From positions 5,760,001 through 5,824,000 of the forward strand of contig CM000152.2 in the NCBI GenBank assembly GCA_000004695.1: a DNA stretch of 64,000 bases, written 5' to 3'. The translations under genes and the position numbers were made by a program. The DNA is from Dictyostelium discoideum (Eukaryota). This document shows, piece after piece, positions 1-11,650 of this stretch. The number at the start of each line of letters is the position of its first letter. Within the stretch, counting starts at the first letter, position 1. The notes under the pieces are model-generated. The model did not search any database. It was given only the letters and a program-made list of their open reading frames with translations, and had not been told where the DNA came from.

Positions 1-62
1 AAAATAAATAAATAAATAAACAATATAATACAACAAATATCTTTTTAGATAAGAAAAAATAA

Positions 63-93
<31 letters not shown>

Positions 94-220
94 GAAAATA
101 TATATAAAAATTAATTAAAAATAAAAATTAATATTTAAATTTTATAAATTTAATATAGAAGAGAAAAAAAAAAAAAAAAAAAAAAACAATATGAATACTG
201 AGGATATATACAATTGGTTT

Positions 221-255
<35 letters not shown>

Positions 256-1169
256 TGTTGAAAAAAAAACTTTTTTCATTTTTTTTTTTTTTTTTTTTTT
301 TATTTTTATTTTTAATTTTAATTTTTTATTTTTTTTTTTTGGAGGAGTTAACTCTGTCAACCCCAAAAAAAAAAATAAAAAAAAAAATAAAAAAAGTTTT
401 TTTTTTTTTTTTTTATTTTTAATTTTTTTTAGTGCGCCATCACTTTCTGATTTATTCTTAAAAGATTCAATTAAATTCCACACAAAGGAGGTATGGTTAT
501 GATGACCAATAATATTTGAACTTTAGTGAGGGATTGATTCCATATAATTCATATTTTCACAATTGATATATTTTTTCAATATTTACCATAATTTTTTTTT
601 TTTAAATAATAAATAAATTCCAAAACAAATATTTACAAAATGTTTTTTTTTTTTTTTTTCAACAACCAAAAAAATGAAAAATTATAAAAAAATGCAGAAA
701 AGAGTTTAAAAAAAAAATTTAAAACTATTAAAAAAAAAAAGAAATAAAATTCTTTGTTCAAAAAAATGATAATATTATTTAAAAATAAAAATAAAAGTGA
801 AAAAAAATGAGAGTAATCTTATTTTTTTGTTTTTATTTTTAGAATATTTTATTATTTTTATTTTTTTTGTTTTATTATGAAAAAACAAAGAAAGTCTATT
901 TTTTTTTATAGACATTTAAAAAAAAAAAAAAAAAAAAAAAAATGGATGTAATTAAATTTGATTTAAAATTAAAAAAAATAGTAAAAATAGAAATAAAATA
1001 TATAAAAAAGGTTATAACTATTTAATTTAAATTTTTTATTTTGTCTGTTTACAAATTTTTTTTTTTTTTAAAATAAAATAAATGAAAATAAGAAATAAAC
1101 TCACCAAGATCAAAAAAATGAAACAATTTAACGAACGATAAATATTTAAATTCTAAAAATAAAAGTATA

Positions 1170-1222
<53 letters not shown>

Positions 1223-2311
1223 ACAATAATTACATTCAATTTATTTATATTTTAGATCGTTTTGTGTGTTTTTGAGTGTTCCATTTATCTATACTAAATC
1301 TATATTAAAAATAAATTAAATTAAAATAAAATGAAAAAAAAAAAAAAAAGAAATTTTCTTTTTATTTTTTAAAGTGTAAAATTTAATGTGCAACAATAGA
1401 ATTATTTGGTCCAAAAATAAAAATAAATTTTTATTACCTGTTTGGGTTGGAGAAATAAGCAAAAATAAAAAAAATAAAATCATCAATAGAAATAAAAACA
1501 AAAAAAAAAATAAGAAATAAAAATAATAATTATTACAATTCATTGTTTCAAATAAATAAAAAGAAAACATTATTACAATTCTTTATTTAGGCTTAATTTT
1601 TTTATTTTTTTATTTATTTTTATTATTATTTTTTTTATTTTTTTTATTTTAAAGAATCAATACTCCATTTTTTAGGCTTTGAATTTTCTCTTGAAATTTT
1701 TATTTTATTTTTATTTTTTTTCATTTTTTTATTTTTATTTTTTTTTTTTTTTATTTTTTTTTTTTTTTTTAAAATTTTTATATACGCAACAATCAATTTT
1801 TTTTTTTTTTTTTTTTGGAATATCCTATCTACGCAACAAAAAAAAAAAAAAAGTAATAATCTAAAAAATAAAAAAATAAAAATAAAAATAAATATAAAAA
1901 TAAAAATAAAAATAAAAATAAAAAAACAAACAACCAAAAATAAAAAAAAAACAATCACAAGGTGAAAGAGATATACACTAAGTTTAAAATAATCATAAAG
2001 GCAATGGGTGAAGATAAAAAAAAAAAAAAAATATAACAATAATAAATAATAAAAATATATTGATAGTGCCTCAAATTTAAATTATCTCTTTCTTTTATGA
2101 TTGACCCAATTTTTATTTTATTTTATTTTATTTGGTTTTATTTTAAGATATAGTATTAACCTATTTTTATTTTTACTATAATAGGAACTGTATATTTTCA
2201 ATCGATAAACTTTTTTTTTTTTTTCAAAGATTCAATAAATAGTGTGATAGTTTTGTAACAAAACCTTAAAAAAAAAGACACATATACAAATATATATATA
2301 TAGATGTAAAG

Positions 2312-2476
2312 ATGAATAGCAAACAAATTCTTTCATTAAGTGCATTCGCCATGACAATTGCCACAGCTGCTGCTGGTAACTGGAATGCTGGTGACACAAT
2401 TGCCTTATTAATTGGTATTGCCATGTTCTTTGTTCTCCTTTTAGCTCTCTTAGGTTGGATCAGCAGAAAGAAATAA
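2312..2476 (+). CDS. Small hydrophobic protein (54 aa, one predicted TM helix): MNSKQILSLSAFAMTIATAAAGNWNAGDTIALLIGIAMFFVLLLALLGWISRKK
   Basis: The ORF runs ATG 2312 to TAA 2474-2476 and is missing from the ORF track (under 60 aa). The segment is clearly richer in GC and codon-like (gcc, gct, ggt, aac) than the flanking poly-A/T. The product has a hydrophobic core. No homolog recognised. Confidence 0.4.
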   Translation: MNSKQILSLSAFAMTIATAAAGNWNAGDTIALLIGIAMFFVLLLALLGWISRKK

Positions 2477-2649
2477 ATTTAAACAACAGCAAATAACGAA
2501 TTTTTATTAGAATAAAAGAAAAAGAAAAAGAAAAACAATAAGAAAATAAAAAATAATAAAAAAAAATAATAAAAAAAAAAAAAAAAAAAAAAAATGTCAA
2601 ATTAGGAGTTAAATTATTATTATTAATATTATTAATATTATTATTTTTA

Positions 2650-2690
<41 letters not shown>

Positions 2691-2925
2691 GGAAATTTTA
2701 AATAAAAAAAAAAAAAAAAGACTATTAACCATAAACTTTTACATTGCTTCCCTCAAAACTTTTGGTGGTAGTTTATTATTTTTTTATTTTTTTTATTTTT
2801 TATTTTTTTTATTTTTTTTATTTTTTTTTATTTTTTTGATTGCAGTGTTTTTGTAATTTATTATTATTTATATTTTTTATAATACTGTATTGAGAATATT
2901 TGATAGCTCATTAGATTATAATAAA

Positions 2926-2973
<48 letters not shown>

Positions 2974-3246
2974 TATTTTTGCAAATTTGGTTGTTGTGTT
3001 TATTTCTAATTAATTGTTGGTGGCAAAATAATTCTCTTAAAATTATTGTTTTGGTAATAAGGATTTTTAATTTAAAAAGGATATTTTCTATGTTTAAATT
3101 TTTTTTATTTTATTTTTATTTATTTTATTTTTTTATTTTTATTTTTTATTTTTTATTTTTTATCTTTTTTTTTTTTTTTTTTGTGTTTGTAAAATTTTCA
3201 AAAACCAAAAATTAATTTTTTCGTTGTTTTTATTTATTATTCTTGA

Positions 3247-3645
3247 ATGAATCAACAAATACAACAACAAAAACAACAACAACAAACCAATGATGAAGAT
3301 GATGACATATTATCAAATGTATTTTCAAATACATCATTTATAGTTGATCCGGATTCTAATTTTAAAAAAGAAGAAAATACAAGATTAAAACAATATAAAT
3401 CAATAAATTCAAATCAACATGAAAAGAGAATTCAATACTTTTTAGATAGACAAAAAGAAAAGAGAAGAAGCTTATTATCACATGTTAGACAATTAATTAC
3501 ATTACCAACAAATGATACTTCAATTGAAATTAATACAAATACTAATACTACTACTAATAGTAATAATAATATTAATAATAATGATGATGTTTCAATGAAT
3601 GAAGATGAAAATATTTATGATAATAGTAATAATAATAATAGTAAA

Positions 3646-3678
<33 letters not shown>

Positions 3679-4563
3679 GATAAATTTAAAGAAATTAATA
3701 AAAAAAAACAACAAAATAAATCAACTAAACAAGATTTATTATATTCAAATCATTTAATGTTAGCAGAGGGTATGGTACATATACCAATTACTTTAGAGAG
3801 AGAATGGTATTGTGTACCTGTACCACTTGGATATCGTTGTTTAGTAATCTCACAGAATGATTGGACAATAGTTAGATCAGCAGAGAATGGTCAAGTTTTA
3901 AAGAGATTTAAAAGTTTATTACCATTTGGTAGTGAAGAATCAAGAGAATCATGTCCACCCCAAAATCAGCATTGTATATTAGATTGCATATTTCAAGATA
4001 CTGAAAATACCTTTTACATTTTAGATATCCTATCTTGGAAAGGTTATATATTATATGATTGTGATACTGAATTTAGATTCTTTTGGAGGGATTCGAAATT
4101 ATTAGAATCAAAGTTACATCAAGGTCAACAAACAAAACAAAAAGAAAATCAAATAGAAAAAGAAAATGAAAATGAAAATCAAGAAGAAAAAGAGGTTACA
4201 TTTTTATCAATACCATATTTTAGTTCAAAGGTTGATTCATTAGAACAAATTAAATTTGACTATTTATTAAAAAGAAATAATGCCAACACTGATAAACAAA
4301 TTTTACAATATAAAACCGAATTTTTATTATTTTATCATAAATCATCACATTACGAATTTGGTACAACTCCTTTATTTTGTTCTTTAGCTATTGAATATAT
4401 TGATACCGTTATTGAAGTTTTAAATTATAGAAATCAATATGGTACAGAGGAGGAGGAGCAAGAAGAAGAAGAACAAGAAGAAAAATATCAACAAGAAAAA
4501 GAACAGATTGAAAATAATTATAGTTTTAATAGTAGTGATAATGACTATGAAATGAATAAATAA
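3247..4563 (+). CDS. Snurportin-1 homolog (m3G-cap snRNP import adaptor), single exon, 438 aa
   Basis: N-terminal IBB-like stretch (RLKQYKS...QHEKRIQYFLDRQKEKR...HVRQL). m3G-cap-binding core GYRCLVISQNDWTIVRSAENGQVLKRFKSLLPFG...CILDCIF...TFYILDILSWKGYILYDCDTEFRFFWRDSKL matches the snurportin signature, recalled from memory with no database search. Confidence 0.7.
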
Positions 4564-4725
4564 AATTACTTTTTTTAATAATCATTGTTTTATTATACAA
4601 ATATCGCTTTCATTTATTTATTTATTTATTTTTTTTTTGTTAAGTACATATATTTTCTTTTTTTAATTCTTTAATTCTATTTTTTAATTCTGTTTTTTTT
4701 TTTTCTTTTATATAAGCCAATTTAT

Positions 4726-5343
4726 TTACTTGGAACTTGTAAAAGATATAATTAAATAAATTAAAAAGAAAATGAAGACTACAAAGAAAATTAAATACAT
4801 CATATGACTACTTGTTGCTGTTTTTGATAAATCTGTTAATTTTTTCATTGTACCTGAAAGTAATGCTTGTGCACCTGACATATCTGCGTTTAAATTATCT
4901 AAAAGTGAATTACTTTCTTGAACTTGTGATTCAATATCTAAAACTACCTATTATAATTATTATTATTTTATTATTATTATTATTTTCAAAAGTTATTAAA
5001 GTGTTAAACTAATTTCCTTTAAAGTGTAATATTGAAAAACTATTTTGTAAAGCATACTCTTTTTAAAATATTTGCTTTTTGATTCATTGCTTCAATGGTT
5101 TGATCATTTTGTTGTAAAAATAATTGTTCTGAGTTTATTTTTTGGTCATTACCACCTCTGTCATAATTATTTAAACTATTTTTAAAGTTTTCTTCTTCTT
5201 CAAAACCTAATATATTTCTATTCTTTACACTATAAAAAAAAAGAGTAAAAATGTTAGTGTAATGTATTTTTAAATATGTTATTTTAAATTATATAAAACA
5301 ATTTAATATCATACTTTCTATCCATTTTATTATCTCTTTTCAT
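4726..5343 (-). CDS. Bet1-like Qc-SNARE (ER-Golgi), 3 exons: 5315..5343, 5058..5229, 4726..4947 (about 140 aa)
   Basis: Hand translation of the minus strand gives MKRDNKMDR | NVKNRNILGFEEEENFKNSLNNYDRGGNDQKINSEQLFLQQNDQTIEAMNQKANILKR | VVLDIESQVQESNSLLDNLNADMSGAQALLSGTMKKLTDLSKTATSSHMMYLIFFVVFIFFLIYLIISFTSSK*. The SNARE heptad followed by a C-terminal TM anchor aligns with human BET1 (…[44 protein letters not shown]…). Introns are 5230..5314 (GTATGA…TATAG) and 4948..5057 (GTATGC…AATAG). Exon phases are consistent (29+172+222 nt = 141 codons). Confidence 0.55.
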
Positions 5344-5613
5344 TTCATTTATAAAATACAATTAATAATAATAATAAATAAACATAAAAAAATAAAAAAA
5401 GAAAAGGAAAAAATAAAAAAAACAAAAAAAAAAAAAGAAAATTAAAAATTTAAAAATTTAAAAATAAAAAAAAAAAAAAAAAAAAAAAATTTTAATTTTT
5501 TTAATTAAAATAACACATATGCATTTATTAAAAAGACGAATATATATTTTTGGAAACACTTTAAAATTTTAATTTAATATCTTTTTTTTTATTTTTTTTT
5601 ATTTATTGATTTC

Positions 5614-6175
5614 CTACATAATCGAACATCTACAATTTCCACCACAACCCTATTTATAATATTAATAAATTAGTATTAACTTTTTTTTTTTTTTTTTTTT
5701 GGGAAATAATTAAAAATTTTTAAAACTTACACATATATCACAACCACAACCGAGGCAATCCTACAATTTTATTATTATTTTTTTTTTTTTGTCAGTATTT
5801 CCAAGTTTATTTTTTTTTTTTTATATTTTACTTTAATTTTTACTACTTACACAACCACCAGCCATAGAATATATAACTCTAATATTTGAGGATTCTTCAA
5901 TATGAAGTTTATATAATGATTTTTTATCATATCTACAAGGTAATTTTTTATTTTCCAATTCAATCTAAAAAAAAAAAAAAAAATTAATATATTAATATTA
6001 ATTTACTTTTAATATCTTAAAAAAAATAGGTTAATTTTTTACATACATTAATAAGGTGTGTGTCAGTTCCAGTTCTATCATGTATCATTTCTTTTAAATC
6101 CTCTAAAGATGTATTTTTATCATCAACATCAAAGTCAAGTGTTTCATTACTTGCTAATTTACAATGAACCTTCAT
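5614..6175 (-). CDS. Ubiquitin-like protein ending in GG, with a Cys/Gly-rich C-terminal tail and a CaaX box (copy A), 4 exons: 6047..6175, 5851..5964, 5731..5760, 5614..5649; 102 aa
   Basis: Product: MKVHCKLASNETLDFDVDDKNTSLEDLKEMIHDRTGTDTHLIN|IELENKKLPCRYDKKSLYKLHIEESSNIRVIYSMAGGC|DCLGCGCDIC|GCGGNCRCSIM*. Donors are GTATGT, GTAAGT, GTAAGT and acceptors are TTTAG, TGTAG, AATAG; all introns are phase 0. The beta-grasp domain aligns with ubiquitin, including the terminal ...GG. It ends in C-S-I-M, a CaaX box. Confidence 0.6.
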
Positions 6176-6580
6176 TTTTTTTTTTTTTATTATTTGTATA
6201 GCTTTTTATTTATTTAATTTATATTTTTTTTTTTTTCTTTAAAATTATTTATTTTAATTTCTAATTTATTGACTTTAAATATTTTTTTTTTTTAAAAAAA
6301 TAAAATAAATAATTTTTTTTTTTAAAGATCTATAAAGGAAATAAAAATTAAAAATTAATAAAAAAAAAAAATAAAATATAAAAAAAAAAAAAAATAAAAA
6401 AAAATTAAAAGAATAGATCCTTCACATGTTTGTGCATTTTGGAAAGAATTATAATTTGTATATTTTAAAAGAAAATGCAATGTTTTTTAAGGAAAAGTCG
6501 AATTATTAATTTTTATTAAATTTTTTAAAAAAAGAATTAAAAATTGTTGTTGTATTTATTATTTGAATTGGAATTTATTG

Positions 6581-6620
<40 letters not shown>

Positions 6621-7114
6621 TTAACCAAAATTGATTTTGTGGTTTTGGAATTACATGGACGAAAGAAAAACAAAAAGTAAATTTAATTTTTTTTTTTCTT
6701 TTTTTTTGATTAATTTAAAATAAAATAATATAAAATAAAATATAATAAAATAAATAAATTAAATGTATATTTTTAAAATTTGTTAATTGTCCTTTTTTAT
6801 TTTTTTATTTTTTTATTTTTTTTTTTTTTTGATTTAATAAATAGAAAAAAATTATTTTGTTGGTTGTAATTTTTTATTATTACTTTTTATTATTACTTTT
6901 TTTATTATTTCATTATAGTTATTTAAATATTTAGATTTTTATTTAATATATGATTAATTATTAAATAAAAGTGTTTAGATAATATTTGTTAAGCTTTGGT
7001 ATAAGTTTTTCTTTAAAATTTTAATAGAATTAGTAACCCTTTTATTATTGTTTAAAGTTCATTTGAGTAGATTTCTAATCTTAGAGAAAGGAAAGATTAA
7101 TCTAAGCACTATAA

Positions 7115-7150
<36 letters not shown>

Positions 7151-7177
7151 TTTTCAAGTCCTATTACTTTTTTTTTT

Positions 7178-7991
7178 TCATAAAATATAATAATCTTGAA
7201 ATCTATTTGATGAAGGTAAAGAAATACCACCTCTAACATTACTTGATAAACCCATACTACCACTAACATCAATACAAAAAATTACAAATGAATCGTCTTT
7301 TTCTTTTTCTTTTTCTTTTTCTTCATTTTTATTTTTATCAATTTCTTGATTTGTTGTGGTGGTTGTGGTGTTATTTATAATTTCAGGTTCTAAAATATAA
7401 TCTACTATATTTACCTTTGGAATTTCTTCATCATCAAGAATAATATCATCAGGTATCCAAAATGAAAGTGGTACATCAGGATTCAGTCTTTTCTCCTCTT
7501 CGCCATTAATATTAATATAGTGAAAATAGACAGACACATTAGATCTTGGACGTGGAATGGCTTCGATTTCTTCTTGAATCTTAATTTTCTACGACGATAA
7601 ATATCCTCAATCTTCTCTAATTCTAGACCATTTAAAATAAGTTTCTCTTGTTGACTGGATTCCTCTTTCTCTTTTTGTCTATTTCTTGAAGAGTTTCTTA
7701 ATTTATCCCATTCTTCACTAGTCAGCTGACTATCTTGTGTTTGTTGAGCAGTTGCAGAGCAGGCTGTAGTTGAGCAGGTTGTTGTTCAGCAGGTTGCTGA
7801 GAAGGTTGTTGAGAAGGTTGTAGAGCGGATTGTTGTTGTTCTAAAGAAAGGTCCAATATGTTTTGTTGATGTTTTCGTATAAAAAATCGCAATATTATTA
7901 ATTTTTGTTGCAAGGCAGGAAGATTCCCAGAATCAAGTTCTTCTTCTTCATCCTTGGAAGTAAAAAAATATTTTGATCCAAAATCAAACAT
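7178..7991 (-). pseudogene. Disrupted VWA-domain gene (probable pseudogene or gene fragment) between Ubl copies A and B
   Basis: Three consecutive minus-strand segments look coding but sit in three different frames. They are MFDFGSKYFFTSKDEEEEL…QPSQQPAEQQPAQLQPALQLLNKHKIVS*, then …EEWDKLRNSSRNRQKEKEESSQQEKLILNGLELEKIEDIYRRRKLRFKKKSKPFHVQDL…, then …SNVSVYFHYININGEEEKRLNPDVPLSFWIPDDIILDDEEIPKVN…DDSFVIFCIDVSGSMGLSSNVRGGISLPSS…*. The DxSGSM motif that opens a VWA/MIDAS domain is present, but the ORF stops about 25 residues later. No plausible introns join the frames. A perfect 14-bp palindrome TAGTCAGCTGACTA lies at the first frame break (about 7728..7741). Confidence 0.35.
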
Positions 7992-8332
7992 TTTTATGTT
8001 TTTTTTTTTTTTTTTTCTGAGATGATTTTGTTTTTTTTTTTCATGAAATTTTTTTTTTATTTACAGTTTTTTTGGGAAACATATTATTTTTAGGCTTAAA
8101 CATTAAAAAAAAAGGCTGCGATATTATTCTTTTTTTTTTTTTTTTTTTTTTTATTTTATTTAAATATGGAAATAAAAAAAATAAAAAAATTTATTTAATT
8201 ATTTAGAGAATAAAGAAAACAGATTATTGTTTAACTTATTTAAAAAATTTATTTATTTATTTATTTATAGAATAAAGAAAACAGATTATTGTTTATTTAA
8301 ATCTTTAATTTATTTTATTTTATTATTATTAT

Positions 8333-8394
<62 letters not shown>

Positions 8395-8406
8395 TCAGTA
8401 GTCCAA

Positions 8407-8641
8407 TTATAAAATTGTACAATGACAACCTCCACCTAAACCACAGCAATCACAACCAGCGCCACAACCACCATTAAGGTCATAGAGGACTCTAATGTTT
8501 GGGGAATCTGTTATTTTGAAATTTGATAGTTTCTTTTTATCGAATCTTGTTGGTAATTTTTTACTATCTATTTCAATCTGTAATAAAAGTTTTATAATAT
8601 TAGTAATTGATATTTATTTTTAATTCTTTTACTATTATTAC

Positions 8642-8717
<76 letters not shown>

Positions 8718-8865
8718 TAAAATAAAAAATTACAATTTGGTGTTCAATTGGAATTCCATGAAGGTTATAAATTTTTGACTTTATATCACTAATTGAATTA
8801 TTATTATCAATATCCAATTCTAATATATTCTCTTCAATATTTGGTAGTTGGCAATTAACTTTCAT
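8407..8865 (-). CDS. Ubiquitin-like GG / Cys-rich / CaaX protein (copy B), 2 exons: 8734..8865, 8407..8577; 100 aa
   Basis: Product: MKVNCQLPNIEENILELDIDNNNSISDIKSKIYNLHGIPIEHQI|IEIDSKKLPTRFDKKKLSNFKITDSPNIRVLYDLNGGCGAGCDCCGLGGGCHCTIL*. It aligns with ubiquitin (…GIPPDQQRL…[22 protein letters not shown]). The intron is GTAATT…TTACAG and contains an (AAT)n microsatellite. The terminal C-T-I-L is a CaaX box. Confidence 0.65.
8578..8733 (-). repeat. Intron of Ubl copy B carrying an (ATT/AAT)n microsatellite of about 95 bp at 8622..8716
   Basis: Perfect ATT trinucleotide run on the + strand between the GTAATT donor (8733) and the CAG acceptor (8578). Confidence 0.7.
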
Positions 8866-9356
8866 TTTTATTATCTATTTATTTTACTTTAAATAATTTT
8901 TTATTCAATTATTAAAATAAAATGTTTTTTTTTTTTTTAATTTTTAGTTTTAATTCATTTTTCAATTATTTTTTATTTTTATTTTTTTATTTTTTTTATT
9001 TTTTTTATTTTTTTATTTTAAAATAAAAAAGTCCTTTTCCCCTATTTGGAGGTTTTTTAAATTATGTTTCCTTTGATATGATCTATATTCTAAAATAGAA
9101 AAAAAAAAAATTAGATATTTTCTTAATTAAAAAAAAAAATTAAAAAAATTAAAAAAAAAATAAAATTAAAAAAAAAAAAAAAATAAAAAAAAAGCTTTTT
9201 TATACTTTTAAAGAATAAAAAAAAAAAAAAATAAATAAAAATGAAAATAAAAAATATTGTTTAATTTAAAAAAAAAAATTTCTTTTTTGAAAATGGAATG
9301 AAATTTATTTAGTTTATAAGATATTTATTTTGCACAACCCGCTGATATTTTCAAAA

Positions 9357-9425
9357 TTATTGGACAACACAATGACATCCCCCACCTAACCCCTAAGATA
9401 AAAATAGATTTTTGAATTGTATTAG

Positions 9426-9469
<44 letters not shown>

Positions 9470-9837
9470 ACATACACATATGTCGCAACCTCCTCCACAA
9501 CCACCTTCAAGGTCATACATCATTCTAATATCGGAATTTTCAGAAACTTTAAAGTTTGATAATTTCTTTTTGTCATACTTTGTTGTTAATTTCTTTTTGT
9601 CCATTTCAATCTAAAAAAAAAAAAAAAAAAAAAAGAAAAAAAAATTTTAATTAGTATAATTATTGATTAAAATTATTTTTAATATTTAATAAAATATAAT
9701 ACAATTTGGTTATGAATTGGAGTTCCGGTTTTATCAAAAATTAGGCTCTTGAGGTCATGGATTGATGTTTTTTCTGGATTTAAATCAAACTCTACGGTTT
9801 GATTTTCATTATTTGGTAAATGGCAATTAACTTTCAT
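9357..9837 (-). CDS. Ubiquitin-like GG / Cys-rich / CaaX protein (copy C), 3 exons: 9703..9837, 9476..9610, 9357..9392; 101 aa
   Basis: Product: MKVNCHLPNNENQTVEFDLNPEKTSIHDLKSLIFDKTGTPIHNQI|IEMDKKKLTTKYDKKKLSNFKVSENSDIRMMYDLEGGCGGGCDIC|GLGGGCHCVVQ*. Donors are GTATTA and GTATGT and both introns are phase 0. It ends in C-V-V-Q, a CaaX box. Confidence 0.6.
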
Positions 9838-10556
9838 TTTTTTATTTGTTTAAATTTATTATTCTTTATCTAATATTTTTTTATAAGTATGTAACAAATT
9901 TTTTGTTTTTTTAAAAAAAAATATTTGTATTTTTATTTTAATTTATATTTTTTTTTTTTTTTTTTATATTTTTAAAAAAAACCATTTTTTGACCTGTTCC
10001 CTAAATTATAAATAAAAAATAATCTATATTGTCATTTATAGTATTTTATTAAAAAAAAATTTAGATGTGTAAACCATTCTGTTTAAATTAATTGGTTTTT
10101 TTTTTTTTTTTTTAATTATTTTTTTTTTTTAACAAAACTATTAAAAAATGAAACATTACCATTGCAATTTTAATTTTAGTTTTTTTTATTTTTCCTAACA
10201 ATTCAAGTAAATTCTAAAAAATATAATAAATTAAGAAAAGGAAACTGGTTTTATGAGAATAAAAAAAAAACTATCCATTATTTTATTTTATTTTCATTAA
10301 TGTTTAAATTTTAAAAAAAATAAAAAAAGTGAAAATGGAAATATTATTTTATGAATAATTTAAAGTAACTGAGAAAAAAAAATAAAAAAAAAAAAAAATA
10401 GATGAAACACAAAAAATTAAAAAGACAAAAATAAAATAATAATAAATTGTATAATTTTAGGAATAACTTTAATTTCAATACGAAATAAAAAATTATGTAA
10501 TTTTTATTTATTTTTTATATATATAGTTAAATAGGTTTTATTTTTATAGACTTTTT

Positions 10557-10946
10557 TTATAGAATTTGGCATGAGCAACCACTTGCTACACCACCACCTC
10601 CTTCTAATGAATAAACCATTCTTAACTAATATTTAAATATTAGTATAAATTTTAAAATTAATATTAAAAAAAAAAAAAAAAAAAAAATATATATATATAC
10701 ATATATATATATTTTAAGAATAATAATTACACTTGAGTTTTCTGCTAAATGTAATTTTGATAATTTTTTATTATCATATCTATTTGATAATCTTTTTGTA
10801 TCAAATTCAATTACTTGATTTGAAACAGGTGTACCAGTTTTATAATAAATTATATTTTTTAAATCATTAATGGTGGTTTCTTTTGGATCCAAACCTTCAA
10901 ATTGGATAATCTCTTTTGTACTTGGAAATTGACAATGAACTTTCAT
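10557..10946 (-). CDS. Ubiquitin-like GG / Cys-rich / CaaX protein (copy D), 2 exons: 10731..10946, 10557..10625; 94 aa
   Basis: Product: MKVHCQFPSTKEIIQFEGLDPKETTINDLKNIIYYKTGTPVSNQVIEFDTKRLSNRYDNKKLSKLHLAENSS|LRMVYSLEGGGGVASGCSCQIL*. This copy lacks the intron that sits after QI in copies A, B, C and E. It has its own intron (GTAATT…ATTAG, 10626..10730) after ENSS instead. The ORF-track entry 10626..10946 is the unspliced read-through. It ends in C-Q-I-L. Confidence 0.6.
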
Positions 10947-11650
10947 TTTTTTTATTTTTTTATTTTTAAATTTTATTTTATGTAGGTGAAAGCTATTTAG
11001 AGATTTTAAATAATTAAAAAATTATTTATTATTATTACTATTATTTCAAAATGATTTAAGTGAATAGAAGAATTAAAAAAAAAAATAAAAAAATAAAAAA
11101 GTATTTATAGGATCAAAATTATTAAAAGAAAAATTGACCCGGTCCTCCCATTAATTCTAAAAAAGGAAAAAAAAGAGACCCGTTCAAATTTTTAAAAAAA
11201 AAAAAAATAAAAAAAAAAAAAAATTAAAAATAAAAAATTAAAAAAAAAAATTAAAAAAATAAAAAATTTTAGATCTAAGATTTTCAAAATTTTGTTTTTA
11301 TATTTATCTTTTTTATAATTATTTGAAGATCTTGTTATTGTAGATTATAACATGTATAAACTATTTAGTTTCTATTCTTTTTTTTTTTTTTTTTTTTTTA
11401 TCCAAATTTTCAGAGGGTTTAAAAAAAAAAAAAAAAAGTTTTTATTAATTTAACACATACTTAAAAATTTAAAAATAAGGTAGTATCATAAGATCTACAC
11501 CGAAAAAAATCTTAAAGTAAAAAATACTTTACATAATTTTTATTATTAATTCTTTTTTTAAACACTTTATTTATTATTTTTTTTTTTTTAAAACCTTTTT
11601 TTTTTTTTTTTTTTTTTTTTTTGATTCTACTAAAATTAACTTTTTAAAAA

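Noticed and set aside
142-2039. Several ORFs of 60 to 130 aa (142..483, 191..502, 219..422, 1316..1570, 1644..2039, 1679..1864) made of poly-Phe/Lys/Ile/Asn
   Set aside because: They are translations of poly(dA)/poly(dT) and (AAAAAT)n low-complexity DNA. They overlap each other on both strands and have no codon structure.
8620-8720. CRISPR-like or other prokaryotic repeat interpretation of the regularly spaced repeats
   Set aside because: They are simple trinucleotide microsatellites in a eukaryotic intron. They have no spacer-repeat architecture, and the genome context is eukaryotic.
9357-9480. An alternative unspliced ending for Ubl copy C (…GGCDICVCLI*)
   Set aside because: The read-through does not produce a CaaX box (the last four residues are VCLI). 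Splicing at GTATGT/CTTAG yields GLGGGCHCVVQ, which restores the family-wide CaaX.
10626-10946. The ORF-track model of Ubl copy D, read through into …SVIIILKIYIYVYIYIFFFF
   Set aside because: The read-through tail is the translated intron. A GTAATT donor after ENSS and an ATTAG acceptor give the conserved …LRMVYSLEGG-Cys tail instead.
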